This document shows, piece after piece, positions 26,691 to 38,264 of a stretch of DNA of 64,000 nt. A program made the translations under genes and the position numbers. The notes under the pieces were generated by a model. The model saw nothing but the letters and a program-made list of their open reading frames with translations, ran no database searches and was not told the DNA's origin. Origin of the DNA: Glycera tridactyla (taxonomy: Eukaryota); assembly GCA_965644265.1 (NCBI GenBank), contig OZ286472.1:51150001-51214000 (forward strand). Direction: 5' to 3'. Positions within the stretch are counted from its first letter, which is position 1, and each line of letters starts with the position of its first letter.

Positions 26691-29150
26691 ATCAAAATAC
26701 ACAGTAATCCATACCAGAGCAACCACAATTCAAACCAAGAAAAATTTGTAATTTCTGATAACTTGATTTGTTCAAGAACTGTGAGTTTGATGAACTGTTA
26801 ATGGCTCTGTGGGACAGTGAAATGGTGCAATTCACCACCTCCACCTTAATCTGGTCCAGGACAGATGTATCAATATCAATTTCACACACCGCAAGAACTT
26901 ATGGTTGCAGGTATATCAGGGATCTACATGGAACTCCTGCCCTAGTAGAACTAACAGGCAGGTTGAGAGGAAAGGCTGGTAATTTCATTAGCCTACCTGC
27001 CCAATGAGCATATTCACAACTGTCATTCAGGCTATGATAATATGCTGCAAGGCAGAGGGAAAATGAAGAGACTGCAGGTTGAAATCCCACTTCAATTGCC
27101 CAAAGGACAACTGGAGGAAAAAGTTCCTGTAGAGCCCTGTATATTTGTGAAGGAATGAGACGAAAGTGACTTTGGAAAAATGGTTGCGCATAGGTTCCTC
27201 GGTACCCTCAATTCAAAACAGGTGCTCTTAGCTGCTGCAGATTTAGGAGCGCATGTCATTTATACGTTCAACCGAATATAGGCCAATCAAATAATTGGGA
27301 CTACAGACTAGACAACATCATCTAGTCATCAGCTGGTACCTCCCTTTTACACTTTTGTACATCACAAAAGATTTGGAATGGACCCAGACTGATACGAAAG
27401 TGACAATAATTGCACTGGTGTGAAATTGATAGGAAAAGTCAAGCATAATCGGTTGCACCAAAAACTTACTCCAAAGTTACTTGTTTGGGTTTAGCCTCCT
27501 ATCAAATGAGATGAACTTTTCACAATGGAAGAGGCCATATTTGTGAAATCCATCAATGCATTTTGCAGGAAAATGTGATAATTATTCTATTGTGAATGTG
27601 ATCCTCATATTTCTCTGTTTTTCGGTGAATGTTTATTTTGTATCAGAATAATTTCATAAGTTTCTAATCACACTACACCTAAAGAAGCAGAAAGATATTA
27701 TAACTGCATAATGAATGAAGAAGATATTCCTGATGGCAAGACAGACCAAGCATACAACTGATGACTGAAGGAACAAAAACCACCACGGACCATCAATAGT
27801 GAAAACCACAAAAAGACGGCAAAAGTGAAATACATGGATGCAAACTGATGACGCAGAGAGAGAATGTGATGCTACTAGGGGTGCATGACATGATACAATG
27901 CTGAAGAAGTGACGGCCAGTGCTTCTTGCTACCATGAACAGCCACTAGGGGGAGGGAAGCAGTTGCGGTGATGAAAGTCAGAACAAATTTTGCAAAAGAA
28001 TATCATTCGACTGAACGCGGGTGATCTACAGCAATGCTCAAATCTACTTTTGGTCACCTATCAGTCAATTCTTTATAGAAGAAAAATATGTGAAAAAAGT
28101 CTGATTTCATTGGCTGATTTCTAAAAGAGCATTTCCTGCGATATTCATACAAATTATTTCACTTTTACTCACTATTTAAAGCACATATTAAATGAGTATA
28201 CAAAGTACCCTGTCAGCAATGTGTCATCTGTGACTCCAGTCATGGCAATTTTTGACTATAGACAATGGAATCAATTTTTAATAATTTCTCCTATTGATGT
28301 TTTATGAAAACGAGTTAAGACATTCGACTATGTGAGATGGCAAACTGCCGACTCTTAAATGAGTGACGCTGGTACTAATTATCTCACAACTCATATGTTA
28401 AATCTGATTGATGGCTGTGCACTCACAGACCTTTCGGGAGGTCTTTGTTTGCCCTTATCTAAAGACCAAATATATATAACAGTGAAACCTTTGAAAAGAG
28501 ACCACACTAAATGGGCAACGAAAACTGTCCTGACTGAACAGCTGGTCTCTCATCATGAAAATATTGAACTAGAAGAGGCTTCAAATTAGTCTTTCAATAT
28601 GGATGGTCCACGCCAGGAGAGGTGCAAGAAACAGGGTCACAAAAAAGTAGAGCAGCATTGCAATAATATTTTTGTCCTTGCCCTAATATGAAGGTTAATT
28701 CCCAATTTCTGATCTAAAGTAGGTGATTTCAAAGCCACCCTTATTCCTTGAACTACTGAAATCAATGAATCCTTGATCACATATTCTAGAATGTTGCCAT
28801 GCTAATTTATCAGGATACAGTTGAGAATCGGTTCACGTGTAGCCATGAGTTCAAAATTATGAGCTACATCCACATAACATTTCTCTGGTATCAAAAAGAA
28901 GTTTACCCATGCAATTTTGATTAAGGCACCAAAAACAGACAATTGTATGAAATTCCGATTATCCTAGCTTCGAAAGAAGTAATTTTCCTGGTGAAATTTC
29001 CCAAATAGATGTTTCCCATCAATCCAGAGTTCAAAGGTAATGAGAATCACATATTTGGGCAGACATGGACAATCTGACTCAATGAAATTTTGACAAATTG
29101 CCAAATATCCGGTGCAGGATGACTACATTGGAGAAGGTACGGGTTGCATA

Positions 29151-29289
29151 CAGTTAAACCTGCAATGAAATATTCCTGACAACAGACCATCTCCAAATGA
29201 AGACCACTTTCCCGGGGAAACTTATATATCTCCTGCAAGACCAATTTTTTGGTGACATTTGGGATGGTCTCTCACCACAGGTCTCACTG
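29151..29289. mobile_element. CAGT MITE
   Basis: ta|cagttaaacctg...caggtctcactg|ta. Confidence 0.7.
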
Positions 29290-29437
29290 TATTTCAGGCC
29301 AGATGAGCTTATCGGAAGTGCAAGGGGCAAATTACAGTAATATGACTGAATGACTTGAATCAAAATGGCTGATGCCAGAAAATATATGTGACACAGCATA
29401 TTACTTCAATTATACCTGAAAATGAGCCCAGCCATAG

Positions 29438-30012
29438 CATCACTGATGCCAGAATACCACATCAATGATGTTCAAATGAGTGCGCCAAATTCAAACATCA
29501 CTGATGTTCAAATCAATGTGCCAAATACCATCACTGATGTTGAGAGAAATATCCCAGTTCCAACATCAGTGATGGTGAGATAACGGTGCCAAAATTACCA
29601 TTTGTAATGTCTGCCAAAGTCACTAATTGCATCAATGATGCTGAAATGAGTGACGAATCACAATACTATTCTGACGATAAACAAGCTGAATATAACATCA
29701 TTGATGCAATGATGAAGGTAACAAATTTAACATCACTGATGTTTCAAAATGCACAAGCCAAATTCAAACATCACTGGTGCTTTGGGATAAAGAGCCAAAT
29801 TTAACATCACTGTATATATATGATAGGAGTCATGTTTGATATCACTGACGTTAGAATGCAGGAGCCAATTCCCACCATCAATGCTGTGAGAATCAAAACA
29901 TCAATGATACCGGACTATGGTGGACTCATCCTAATGTCAGTGATAGAGAAGGTATACACTTAATGATTATAACGATTACATGATATAGGTATGAATTCAT
30001 GACATCAATGAG
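29438..30012. repeat. Degenerate ~33-36-bp minisatellite with a palindromic CATCA-N-TGATG core
   Basis: About 14 core copies, e.g. 29438, 29460, 29497, 29529, 29563, 29629, 29696, 29731. Confidence 0.7.
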
Positions 30013-30513
30013 GCTATACTGGTGAGGTTAAATCTCGACATTTTTTGTGATCTGTCCGGAGCAAAAGAGTACCCTAAATGAGTGCATTAGAATGGATGCA
30101 GTAATAAGCGAATCACTCCTGATTCGAACCTCTCCCTGAACATATTCTTGAAAATTGAGTGCACAACCTACAAGTTGAAATTTGGTGGTCAAATACCACT
30201 CATTTCCCACCACGATGTGTACAAACACAGGTAAGATATCAGGTGTGGAAGCCATTTCTGGTTCGCTCTACAAAATTCTTCTTAAAACATTTGAATACAT
30301 AACCCCACCACGACAGAGTACACCCCTTTTGCTGATGATATTTTGCGATAGTATATCCTTGTAGGCACTTACATCAGGAATGGAAGTGAGATTTCCCTAA
30401 CTTTCACTGACTTTTTTTCTAACCAAAGTTCCTAAACATAAGAATTCCTGACTTTCTACTGATCTATGGGGATCCTGTACAGCTGGTGATGAGTGTGTTC
30501 TCACTTATGTATG

Positions 30514-30874
30514 CAGTCTTCACGAAAAACTTTTTCAACAACTCTCCCATCGGGAGAGCAGATTGGGAGAATCACTCTCCCGAAAATGAATTCACTCTCC
30601 CGAAATTGTGCAAGTACCACTAATATATGTTTTCATGAGGTAAATTCTTCAGAATCATACATGTGCAGGGAAATGCAAAGCCTACTAATAGGGACTGGAG
30701 ATTATCGGTAGTGTAGTCAAAATTGTGGTGTTCTGTCTTCACAGAAAATCCATCACTCTCTCATCAACTGAAAATTTTTCACTCTCCCATCAGGAGACTA
30801 AGTTGAAAGTTTCACTCTCCCGAAATCAAATTCACTCTCCCCGGGATTCGGGAGAGTGCTAAATTCGAAGACTG
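30514..30874. mobile_element. 361-bp TIR element with a 6-bp TSD and subterminal CACTCTCCCGA repeats
   Basis: tgtatg|cagtcttc...gaagactg|tgtatg; about 8 copies of actctcc near both ends. Confidence 0.75.
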
Positions 30875-31121
30875 TGTATGCATGCACTTGAATGCATTCA
30901 TCTAGGGTACAAAATTGCGGCAGTGCAGTTTTTGCAATGCAGTCAACCAATGTAAGAAGTGCTGCTCCTAATTCAAGATATCAATGAACATGGTCACAAC
31001 CTGATACTTCACCAACAATGCGGGGGAGATGGGGTTAATATTAAAGAGCATGTAGCATTAGGGAGGTTATCTAATATGTAGCCTATCAATAATCGAAGGA
31101 GTCAAATCAAAAGTTTCTTAC

Positions 31122-31199
31122 CGGACTGACACCTATACGCCTGGCTGCCTCGAGAAAATTCTCCACATTTCGTCGACATTTGGCCATCGACAGTTTTGG
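31122..31199 (-). CDS. LRCH: LRCH CH-domain exon PKLSMAKCRRNVENFLEAARRIGVSP
   Basis: tttctcag|CCA...CCG|gtaag; 78 nt; phase 0-0. Confidence 0.96.
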
Positions 31200-31264
31200 C
31201 TGAGAAAGTAAACAGACACAGTTTGGTATCAGTGGGTATTAATAATGATAATAATAATAATAAT

Positions 31265-32443
31265 AACAAGGCATCAGTGATGCGGGGTCCCCCGACAATG
31301 TGGGACTATGACAGTGAGCACCTCTGCTTCCTGAACTGCGCAGAAAAAATGTGTTAGTTTTCTTCATATGGGGTCGACAACGTACATGCCATTATGGAGT
31401 GTTTCAAGTATGCCCATGAGCAGCCTAGCACTTGCCCAAGCCCAGAATAAATGTGCCAGTGCACATATGAGCAATGAGAAAGATCAATAAGATATGATTT
31501 GGTATGAATCAGTGCATCAGTTTTGAATACATGGGTTCTGCACAGCGTGTACCATCCTGAAGTGTTTGAAGCTTTTCAAGAAGATGCTTAAAGAAAGGTT
31601 GATTCAGTGTGGATTGGTGCAGCAGTCCACACTACATGGGTTCCTATAAGTCCATACCATCGACATTTTAAATGTCAATGGGCAGCCTATACTACCCATC
31701 ACCTGCCCAAACCCATGATAAATAGGTCAGTGCACAGCTACATATAAAGACACTTCAGGGAAAGTTCATTCGATGTGGATCGGTGAAGCCGTTTTAGAGA
31801 GATGAGTTCCATTAAGTCCAAATAAGAGTGCATGCCATATTGAAGTCCTTCAGATATTTCAACTGCCCATGTGCAGCCCATTGCATGTACAAATCTGTAA
31901 TAAATCTGCCAGTGCACACCTACACATCAGGACGCTTCAGGAAAACTTTATTTTGTGTGAATCGGTGGAGCGGTTGTGGAGACATGAGTTCTGCAAAGTG
32001 TGGATGGGAGTGCCTAGCATTCAGACATTTCACCTGCCCATGGGCAGCCCATCACATGGCAGAAGCCAGAATAAATGGGCCAGTGCACACCTACACATCA
32101 CGGCACTTCTAGGAAACTTGATTTGGTGTGAATCGGTGCAGCCATAGTGGAGATATGAGTTCAGCAAAATCCTGATGACATCCTGAAGTTTTCCACATTT
32201 CACCTGCCAGTGGGCAGCAATCACATGCCCAATTCCAGAATAAACATGCCAGTGCACACCTACACATCAAGACGCTTCCAGGAAACTTGATTTAGCGTGA
32301 ATCGGTGCAGCGGTTCCAGAGATACAGGTTCCGCAAAGTTGGTGTGCGCGGATGGACACCGGACGGACGGACGGACTTAAGGACGGACGGACAGACGCCC
32401 ACTATTTTATAATCCCCCTTCCGGTGTTCCGGCGGGGGACAAT
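31265..32443. mobile_element. Second Helentron-like non-autonomous element, in the intron between the two CH exons
   Basis: aacaag start; ~170-bp tandem units (aataaa..gccagtgcacacctacacatc); (GGAC)n tract; GC hairpin cccccttccgg-tgtt-ccggcggggg; (TAA)n on both flanks. Confidence 0.7.
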
Positions 32444-32637
32444 GATAATAATAATGATAATAATAATAATAATAATGATGATGGACATTTTTCAACCACG
32501 TGAAGAGTCTGCCATTACCACTTGGGTGATACCTTACGGGTAATTATGATCAATGAAAACAAATGGTCTTGATCAAAATCAATATCAACTTTGAACAACC
32601 AAGATGAGAATGAATAGAAAGAGCTGTGCACACTCAC

Positions 32638-32775
32638 CACAGCGGGAGACGGGACATGTATACTGGAGACTGAGCGAGGTCGTACATGATTTGCAAGATG
32701 ACAGAGTACAACACCGTCCTTCAAAGCTGCTGGAAGGTCATCAGGTAAGGTCACCTTCAAACGGCCCTCGATAGT
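32638..32775 (-). CDS. LRCH: LRCH CH-domain exon TIEGRLKVTLPDDLPAALKDGVVLCHLANHVRPRSVSSIHVPSPAV
   Basis: tttctttgttcacag|ACT...GTG|gtgagt; 138 nt; phase 0-0; contains the DGVVLCHL CH motif. Confidence 0.97.
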
Positions 32776-33478
32776 CTGTGAACAAAGAAACATTGCCATT
32801 GAAACAAACGATTCACAGAAAAGGTGCAAGTTACAATGTATATACAATGAATCATACATCAGAAGATTCCTGAAAACAACAAAATGGGGTCAAGATTTGG
32901 AGGGAAGAAGAGAGGGAGAGTGATATGGGGAAGAGGGAGGGAGGGGAGGGAGAAAGCGGGGGGAGGGGTGGCAAGAACGACAGAGCTGAGGCTGAAGAGG
33001 GACAGAAAGACTAGATGGAAAGAAATTGTGGTCAAGATTGGAGAGGGAGAGAGAGGGAAAGGGAGATGCGAGAGAGGGAGGGTGGATCAGAAGGAGGACA
33101 AGAGGGAGAATGCAAGCAAGAGAAAAAAATGTTCATTAAAGTATGGAAATTGTTCTTTCAAATGGCCCATCTTGAGATCTATGTGATTTTTATGTGGTCT
33201 CTAAGATAAATCAGCTTATTTCCTTTCTGATATTACAAACCTTAAATACTGTTTCATAGCAGGAAATGAATCAATGGTGGATAGAAATAGCCCATTTATT
33301 CGATACATACTGAAATTAGCCACATCTTTAATAAGGTCTCTGTATTCATTTGGCATAACAAATTGCCGTCAAGAATATCACTGAATATTGAAGGCATTTA
33401 TCTGCAGAACTGCAACCCTCATCTTACACATGAATAATAGGTGTGCTGTTTAATTTTGGAATATAAACAACTACTTAC

Positions 33479-33612
33479 TACTCGTAACTGCTCTATCATT
33501 TCACACTCTTCCTGGGCTTGTGCGAAGTGGCGGCGTATGGTGAATGCTGGATTCATGCTGTTTAGGTCCTTGCTCATCTCCTCCAGACCTTTCTGGACAG
33601 CAGGAGGCAAGG
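33479..33612 (-). CDS. LRCH: LRCH pre-CH exon (A)LPPAVQKGLEEMSKDLNSMNPAFTIRRHFAQAQEECEMIEQLRV
   Basis: ttttgtttttctag|CC...GTA|gtaagt; 134 nt; phase 1-0; contains the P.FTIRR...EQLR motif of LRCH proteins. Confidence 0.93.
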
Positions 33613-33772
33613 CTAGAAAAACAAAAGTAACATACATTAACCCACTGACACTCACATTAGTAGGGGTGGGACTATTCACCGAAATTTCGATAATATCGAT
33701 CGTTTCCAAACAAAACAATTGTTTCGAAACTACCTGGAGTGTTTCAAAATATAAATAAACAAGTCATGAATA

Positions 33773-33949
33773 CAGTGAAACCTGCTTGAGTGTAAACCAG
33801 CGCTAGGCGAAATCCTGTCTTAAGCACATACCCCACAGTCTGCCCGGATGTTTTATTCTCACTATAATTGTCCTGCGCTCAGCAAAATCCTGTCTTAAGT
33901 GAAAGAAAAATTTGGTCCCGTGACTTTTCACTTAAGACAGGTTTTACTG
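33773..33949. mobile_element. CAGT MITE with a different interior
   Basis: ta|cagtgaaacctg...caggttttactg|ta; internal cctgtcttaag repeats. Confidence 0.8.
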
Positions 33950-35505
33950 TATGTACAAATGCCAATAAATACAGAAAATACATCCTGTTCCAAAGAAAAC
34001 CGTGGGGGATACCTCAAATGACGGGGATTTGATGAGCTTTTTATGGGACACATCTATATTTGATAGTAGTAGGCCATAATGCAAGGCCACCAAAAGACGG
34101 GTGGCTTGCTCATGTCACTTGAACTGGGCAGGAACAATTCAGATTCCTGAATGAGGGTTTGCTTGGCGTTTTGATTCGTTTCGTGACTCATGTGTTTCGT
34201 CCCAGCCCTACACATTAGCGGAGCGAGGATTCTGCCATGCTTGTTCTGTCAAAAGAGCCACAGAGGAAATACTTCTGCGTTGGTGTGAGAATACTTTTCA
34301 AAGCAAACATGCCTACATCAGTTCCACTTTTCAGCCAAATCTCTCAAGCTTTAGCAAAATCTTCTTTGAGATTACTCCAATTTCACCATCACTTTCCTCT
34401 CAAACTGGTTTCTCAAGTTCTGAACATATGAGATCTATATTCCAGCCCCATGTCATACATAAAACATGGATTTCTCATGACTGCATGAACTACACAAGAG
34501 GAAGTAATCTTCCCAATCTTATCCCCTTTAGCCAGTTCGGCTAGGGTATTTTCTATTTAGCCAAATGAGATGAGATTCAGCATTCGGCTAATTGACTTAT
34601 GGTTAATGCTAACACAGTTCTCCGCTTCCATTCATTAGTCTAGGCTTCACAACTAGTCCACAATATGAAATGGTCATGGGAAATTCTGCAGCCCAGAATA
34701 TATCTAACTGTAGAAAATATTATTGTAGTCACGACTCGAGGTAGCCTTTTTAGGCAGTTGGCCTCTGCATAGAGGTGGATAATTCAGTAGGTTTGACTAT
34801 GATCTAGGAAGGTGAAATTGCAAATCACCTGTCTGAAATATACCCGAAATGAAAAGTTGAATCGGCGCCTGATCTCTCATCTTACCCAAATGCCATCTTA
34901 TCTGGGTTCAATATTAACCTTCAGCTACATATATCTACCTGATAAGAGCATGACAGCATTTACAGTTTGAGTCTACCCATTTTTTCAAGGAAAGGGATAC
35001 CCTCCAATATGCCAAGATGATAGATCAATTCAAACTCTGTGCTCTATCTCCATTAATTGTGGTCCATTGTGAAAAGCCAAAATAATGCTGTCAGATGCAC
35101 AGCTTGTTCAGTGTCCAATCTAGAGAAAGGGGGTGTTTTCATGAAAAATAGGGGTATTCTTGGAGGATGGGGGATTTTGCCAGGCAATGCCATGATGTTT
35201 CAAATACATGGAACAAATGAGCTTGGTCGTGTGGCCAGGTGGAAACAACCACCTGGTAAACAGAATAGACAATGTAATTCAAATGCATCAATTGGGCTAT
35301 CTGAAGGGGCAAAATGCACCTCTCCATCCAGAAACAAGGGGCATCCTGTCAGTTTTGGTGGTCATTTGCCCCCTCTGGATTGGACACTGCTTTTTGTGTT
35401 TTTGATCAAAAGTATGGAACAATCACATCCCTGATCAATGTTCCAACTTCTGTGGTTAGTAAAGTTAGTATTGAAGAAATTAAAAAAGACGACACATACA
35501 CTCAC

Positions 35506-35662
35506 CGTTCCGCGGTTGTCGTGGTAACGTGGTATTGCCGAATGAAGTGTTTGGTGTGCTGTCTCGGCTGAAGGAGAAGGTGCTGTCTTCATCGCTCGAG
35601 GCTGACCTGTTGGCGCTGGAACGCTGTAATGATGGCGACGGGACATTCTGATTGGTTGCAGG
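35506..35662 (-). CDS. LRCH: LRCH Ser-rich linker exon PATNQNVPSPSLQRSSANRSASSDEDSTFSFSRDSTPNTSFGNTTLPRQPRN
   Basis: Long pyrimidine tract, first AG tatttag|CCT (an in-frame alternative cag|AAT at 35647 also exists); donor G|gtgagt; phase 0-1. Confidence 0.85.
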
Positions 35663-35936
35663 CTAAATAGGTGCCGTGGTAACAGAAGACCCAAAGCAGG
35701 AACGGAAAAAAAAGAAAACAAGACAAAACGGCATTCAGACATCACACAGCAACTACCATGCAGGTGCAACAGGCGTGATCATTGTACATTTATTCACCAC
35801 AAATTCACCAATACAGAGACATCTTTCTCATCAACTAGTCAATCATGGAACTTCTATACACACATAGTTGATTATTAATCCAGATGCATTCAGATATCAT
35901 CCAGATTCTTTCTTAGGCCATGGACATTGCAGTATT

Positions 35937-36138
35937 CAGCGATGTACATTAATCTTTTTCCCCTTCGGGCAGGTGAAGTGTAATTACACTTCACCTGCCC
36001 TCCCTGTCATTTTCACCTCTTCCTGCATATAATCATAGACTAAATAGTGGTTAGGTACCTGCCCATCGGACTGGCAGACTGATAAAATCACCTGCCCTAA
36101 CAACAAATCCACCTGCCTGTGTCTCTAGGGCAGCCCTC
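35937..36138. mobile_element. hAT-like MITE with CACCTGCCC motifs; related copy at ~41060-41188
   Basis: Repeated cacctgccc/gggcaggtg; terminus ttaatgta(g/c)a..cctg shared between the two copies. Confidence 0.55.
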
Positions 36139-36984
36139 AGCATGAGGCTGTTGCTGGGTGGACATCATCTGACAGTGTTAATAACCTGATAGATTGGCAT
36201 GAGAGTGTGGTGACCATAGTCCCTGTTGAGGTTGGGCTTCATACCAGTGATTTAATCACATCGTTTTTGTCACCCTCCTCTAGTGACTAGCCAAATATAT
36301 GTAGTTGAGTTCACTAAACACTGGACTCCTGAAGTGGTTGGACATATTGGGTCAACCCTTGATGTTTATCAAGCTGGGAGAATTCTGACTACAATAAACA
36401 GGGATGTGACTGGCTCATAATCCAAAACCCTGAAAACCTGACTGGAGGTGCTTTTCACCTCCAAAGATTTTGTGGACCAAGAAACCCATCAACTGCTAAC
36501 TAATGGCTACTATGGCTGCATATAAACTCAATCTCCACTAATTCTGGTCGTATTTTCAAGATCTAAAATCCCAAATAATTAGCATAAAATGCTCTTTTCT
36601 GTAATAAAATAGAATGTGAAAAGCACATCCATCTCCAGTAAAATCATCCAAAAAGTTTTGTTAGTAACTCCCTCATGGACAAGAATAACAAAGCAAAAGC
36701 TGATACTATGATTCACGATTAATTTAACAGGAAGCCATTTTGCAATTGATAAAGACAACATGGAGAGGCATGATTTCAATGATGCCGACAACTCATCAAT
36801 TGTCAATAAACAGTGGGTAACTACCAAACATAGGCTGGAATGAATACTACTGGTGAATTTGCGGTAAAACATGTAAGCATGGTATACAATCAATCGGATG
36901 CATTTGATTAGTTTTCTGAACATAAAGACACCTCAGACACCCACAAGTCTTCAAAACATCACAAGCAAAAATCACAGAATATCT

Positions 36985-37200
36985 CAGGGATAATTTTGCG
37001 CTGTGCCCTGTGCTAAAAGGCACATAAAGTTGTAAAAGGGCACCTCAAACCATATATCTTGTGCCCAGAAGGCACATTGAATTTTCTATACTTTGATATG
37101 ATTATATGGTTTAGGGCACATACAGATCCGAAATGGCACATGGAATCTGCATCAATGTGCCCGAAAGACCCATACATATTCTCGTGTAAGAAAATCCCTG
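36985..37200. mobile_element. 216-bp TIR element with a 6-bp TSD
   Basis: atatct|cagggat...atccctg|atatct; many gggcac/gtgccc/ggcaca subterminal motifs. Confidence 0.75.
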
Positions 37201-38108
37201 ATATCTGATCATTCTATAATCATAATGACTGGTTAGACTGACATCTAGACCCAGAGTGAAGCTCATGCTTTTGAGCTCAACACTTCCACCAGCTAGTAAT
37301 TTGCGATAATGGGAATATGAGACATCAGAACATTGCATTGATTTGGTGATTTCATATAAGATGCCTCAGTGCACCATCTGACACAAAGTCGGCTGAATGC
37401 TAACAAACTTGAATTGAATGAAAATCACTAAACAATATGGATTTTATTATCACAATCTCGTCACTAATTTGAAGATTCTGTGGATCCTAGATTCAGCTGC
37501 ACGCCATGAAGTACTAGGAGTATGAATGGGAAATATTGTCCTTTACAAAGTGAGAAAACTTCAAAAGATCAGGTAAAAGTCCATCGTCTAGTGCAAAAAA
37601 GGTAATGAGTATCCATGATAGGATACCTTGATTCAGGACAAAAGTTGAAAAAGTTGTGCACTAGTGATTGTTACAGAAATTGTTAAATTGAACACACACA
37701 TTCAAGACAAGACATTATTCCACAAGACAAGACACTATTTTCATGAAATTAGAATCAACAGAGTGAAAAGAAATGTATTAGCCGATAATGGGAAGAAAAA
37801 GATTAAGCGATGAATGTTTCCTTGACATGTATGCAACTACATCAATTTCAATTTTGGTGATAGGAAATGAACATCATGAAATGTGAAACGTTGACGAGCA
37901 GTGCGACAGATAAAACCTGCCAGAGGATGCCAAATCTGAACTTTTGGTCAAGGATTGACCATCCATTAATTGTGCTACATGACACAAATTACTTAGCTGC
38001 ATATAATAAACATGCAGTATGCTCAAAGTGTGCAGCAATTTGTCAGGCGATAATTGATAAGTAATGAACGAGATAATTAAAAATGGCGAAATGAATGAAT
38101 ATGATATA

Positions 38109-38264
38109 CAGTGAAGCCTGCAATGAGAGACCACCTCCAGCGGGAGACCTCTTTTCCAAGGCAGCTTTTCTATTTGACATATTCAAATTTACCTCCGACG
38201 AGAGACCACCTATTTTGAGACCACTTTTTGTGACATTTAAGGTGGTCTCTCGTAGGTTTGACTG
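38109..38264. mobile_element. CAGT MITE subfamily B
   Basis: cagtgaagcctg...ctatttgacata...aggtttgactg. Confidence 0.75.
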
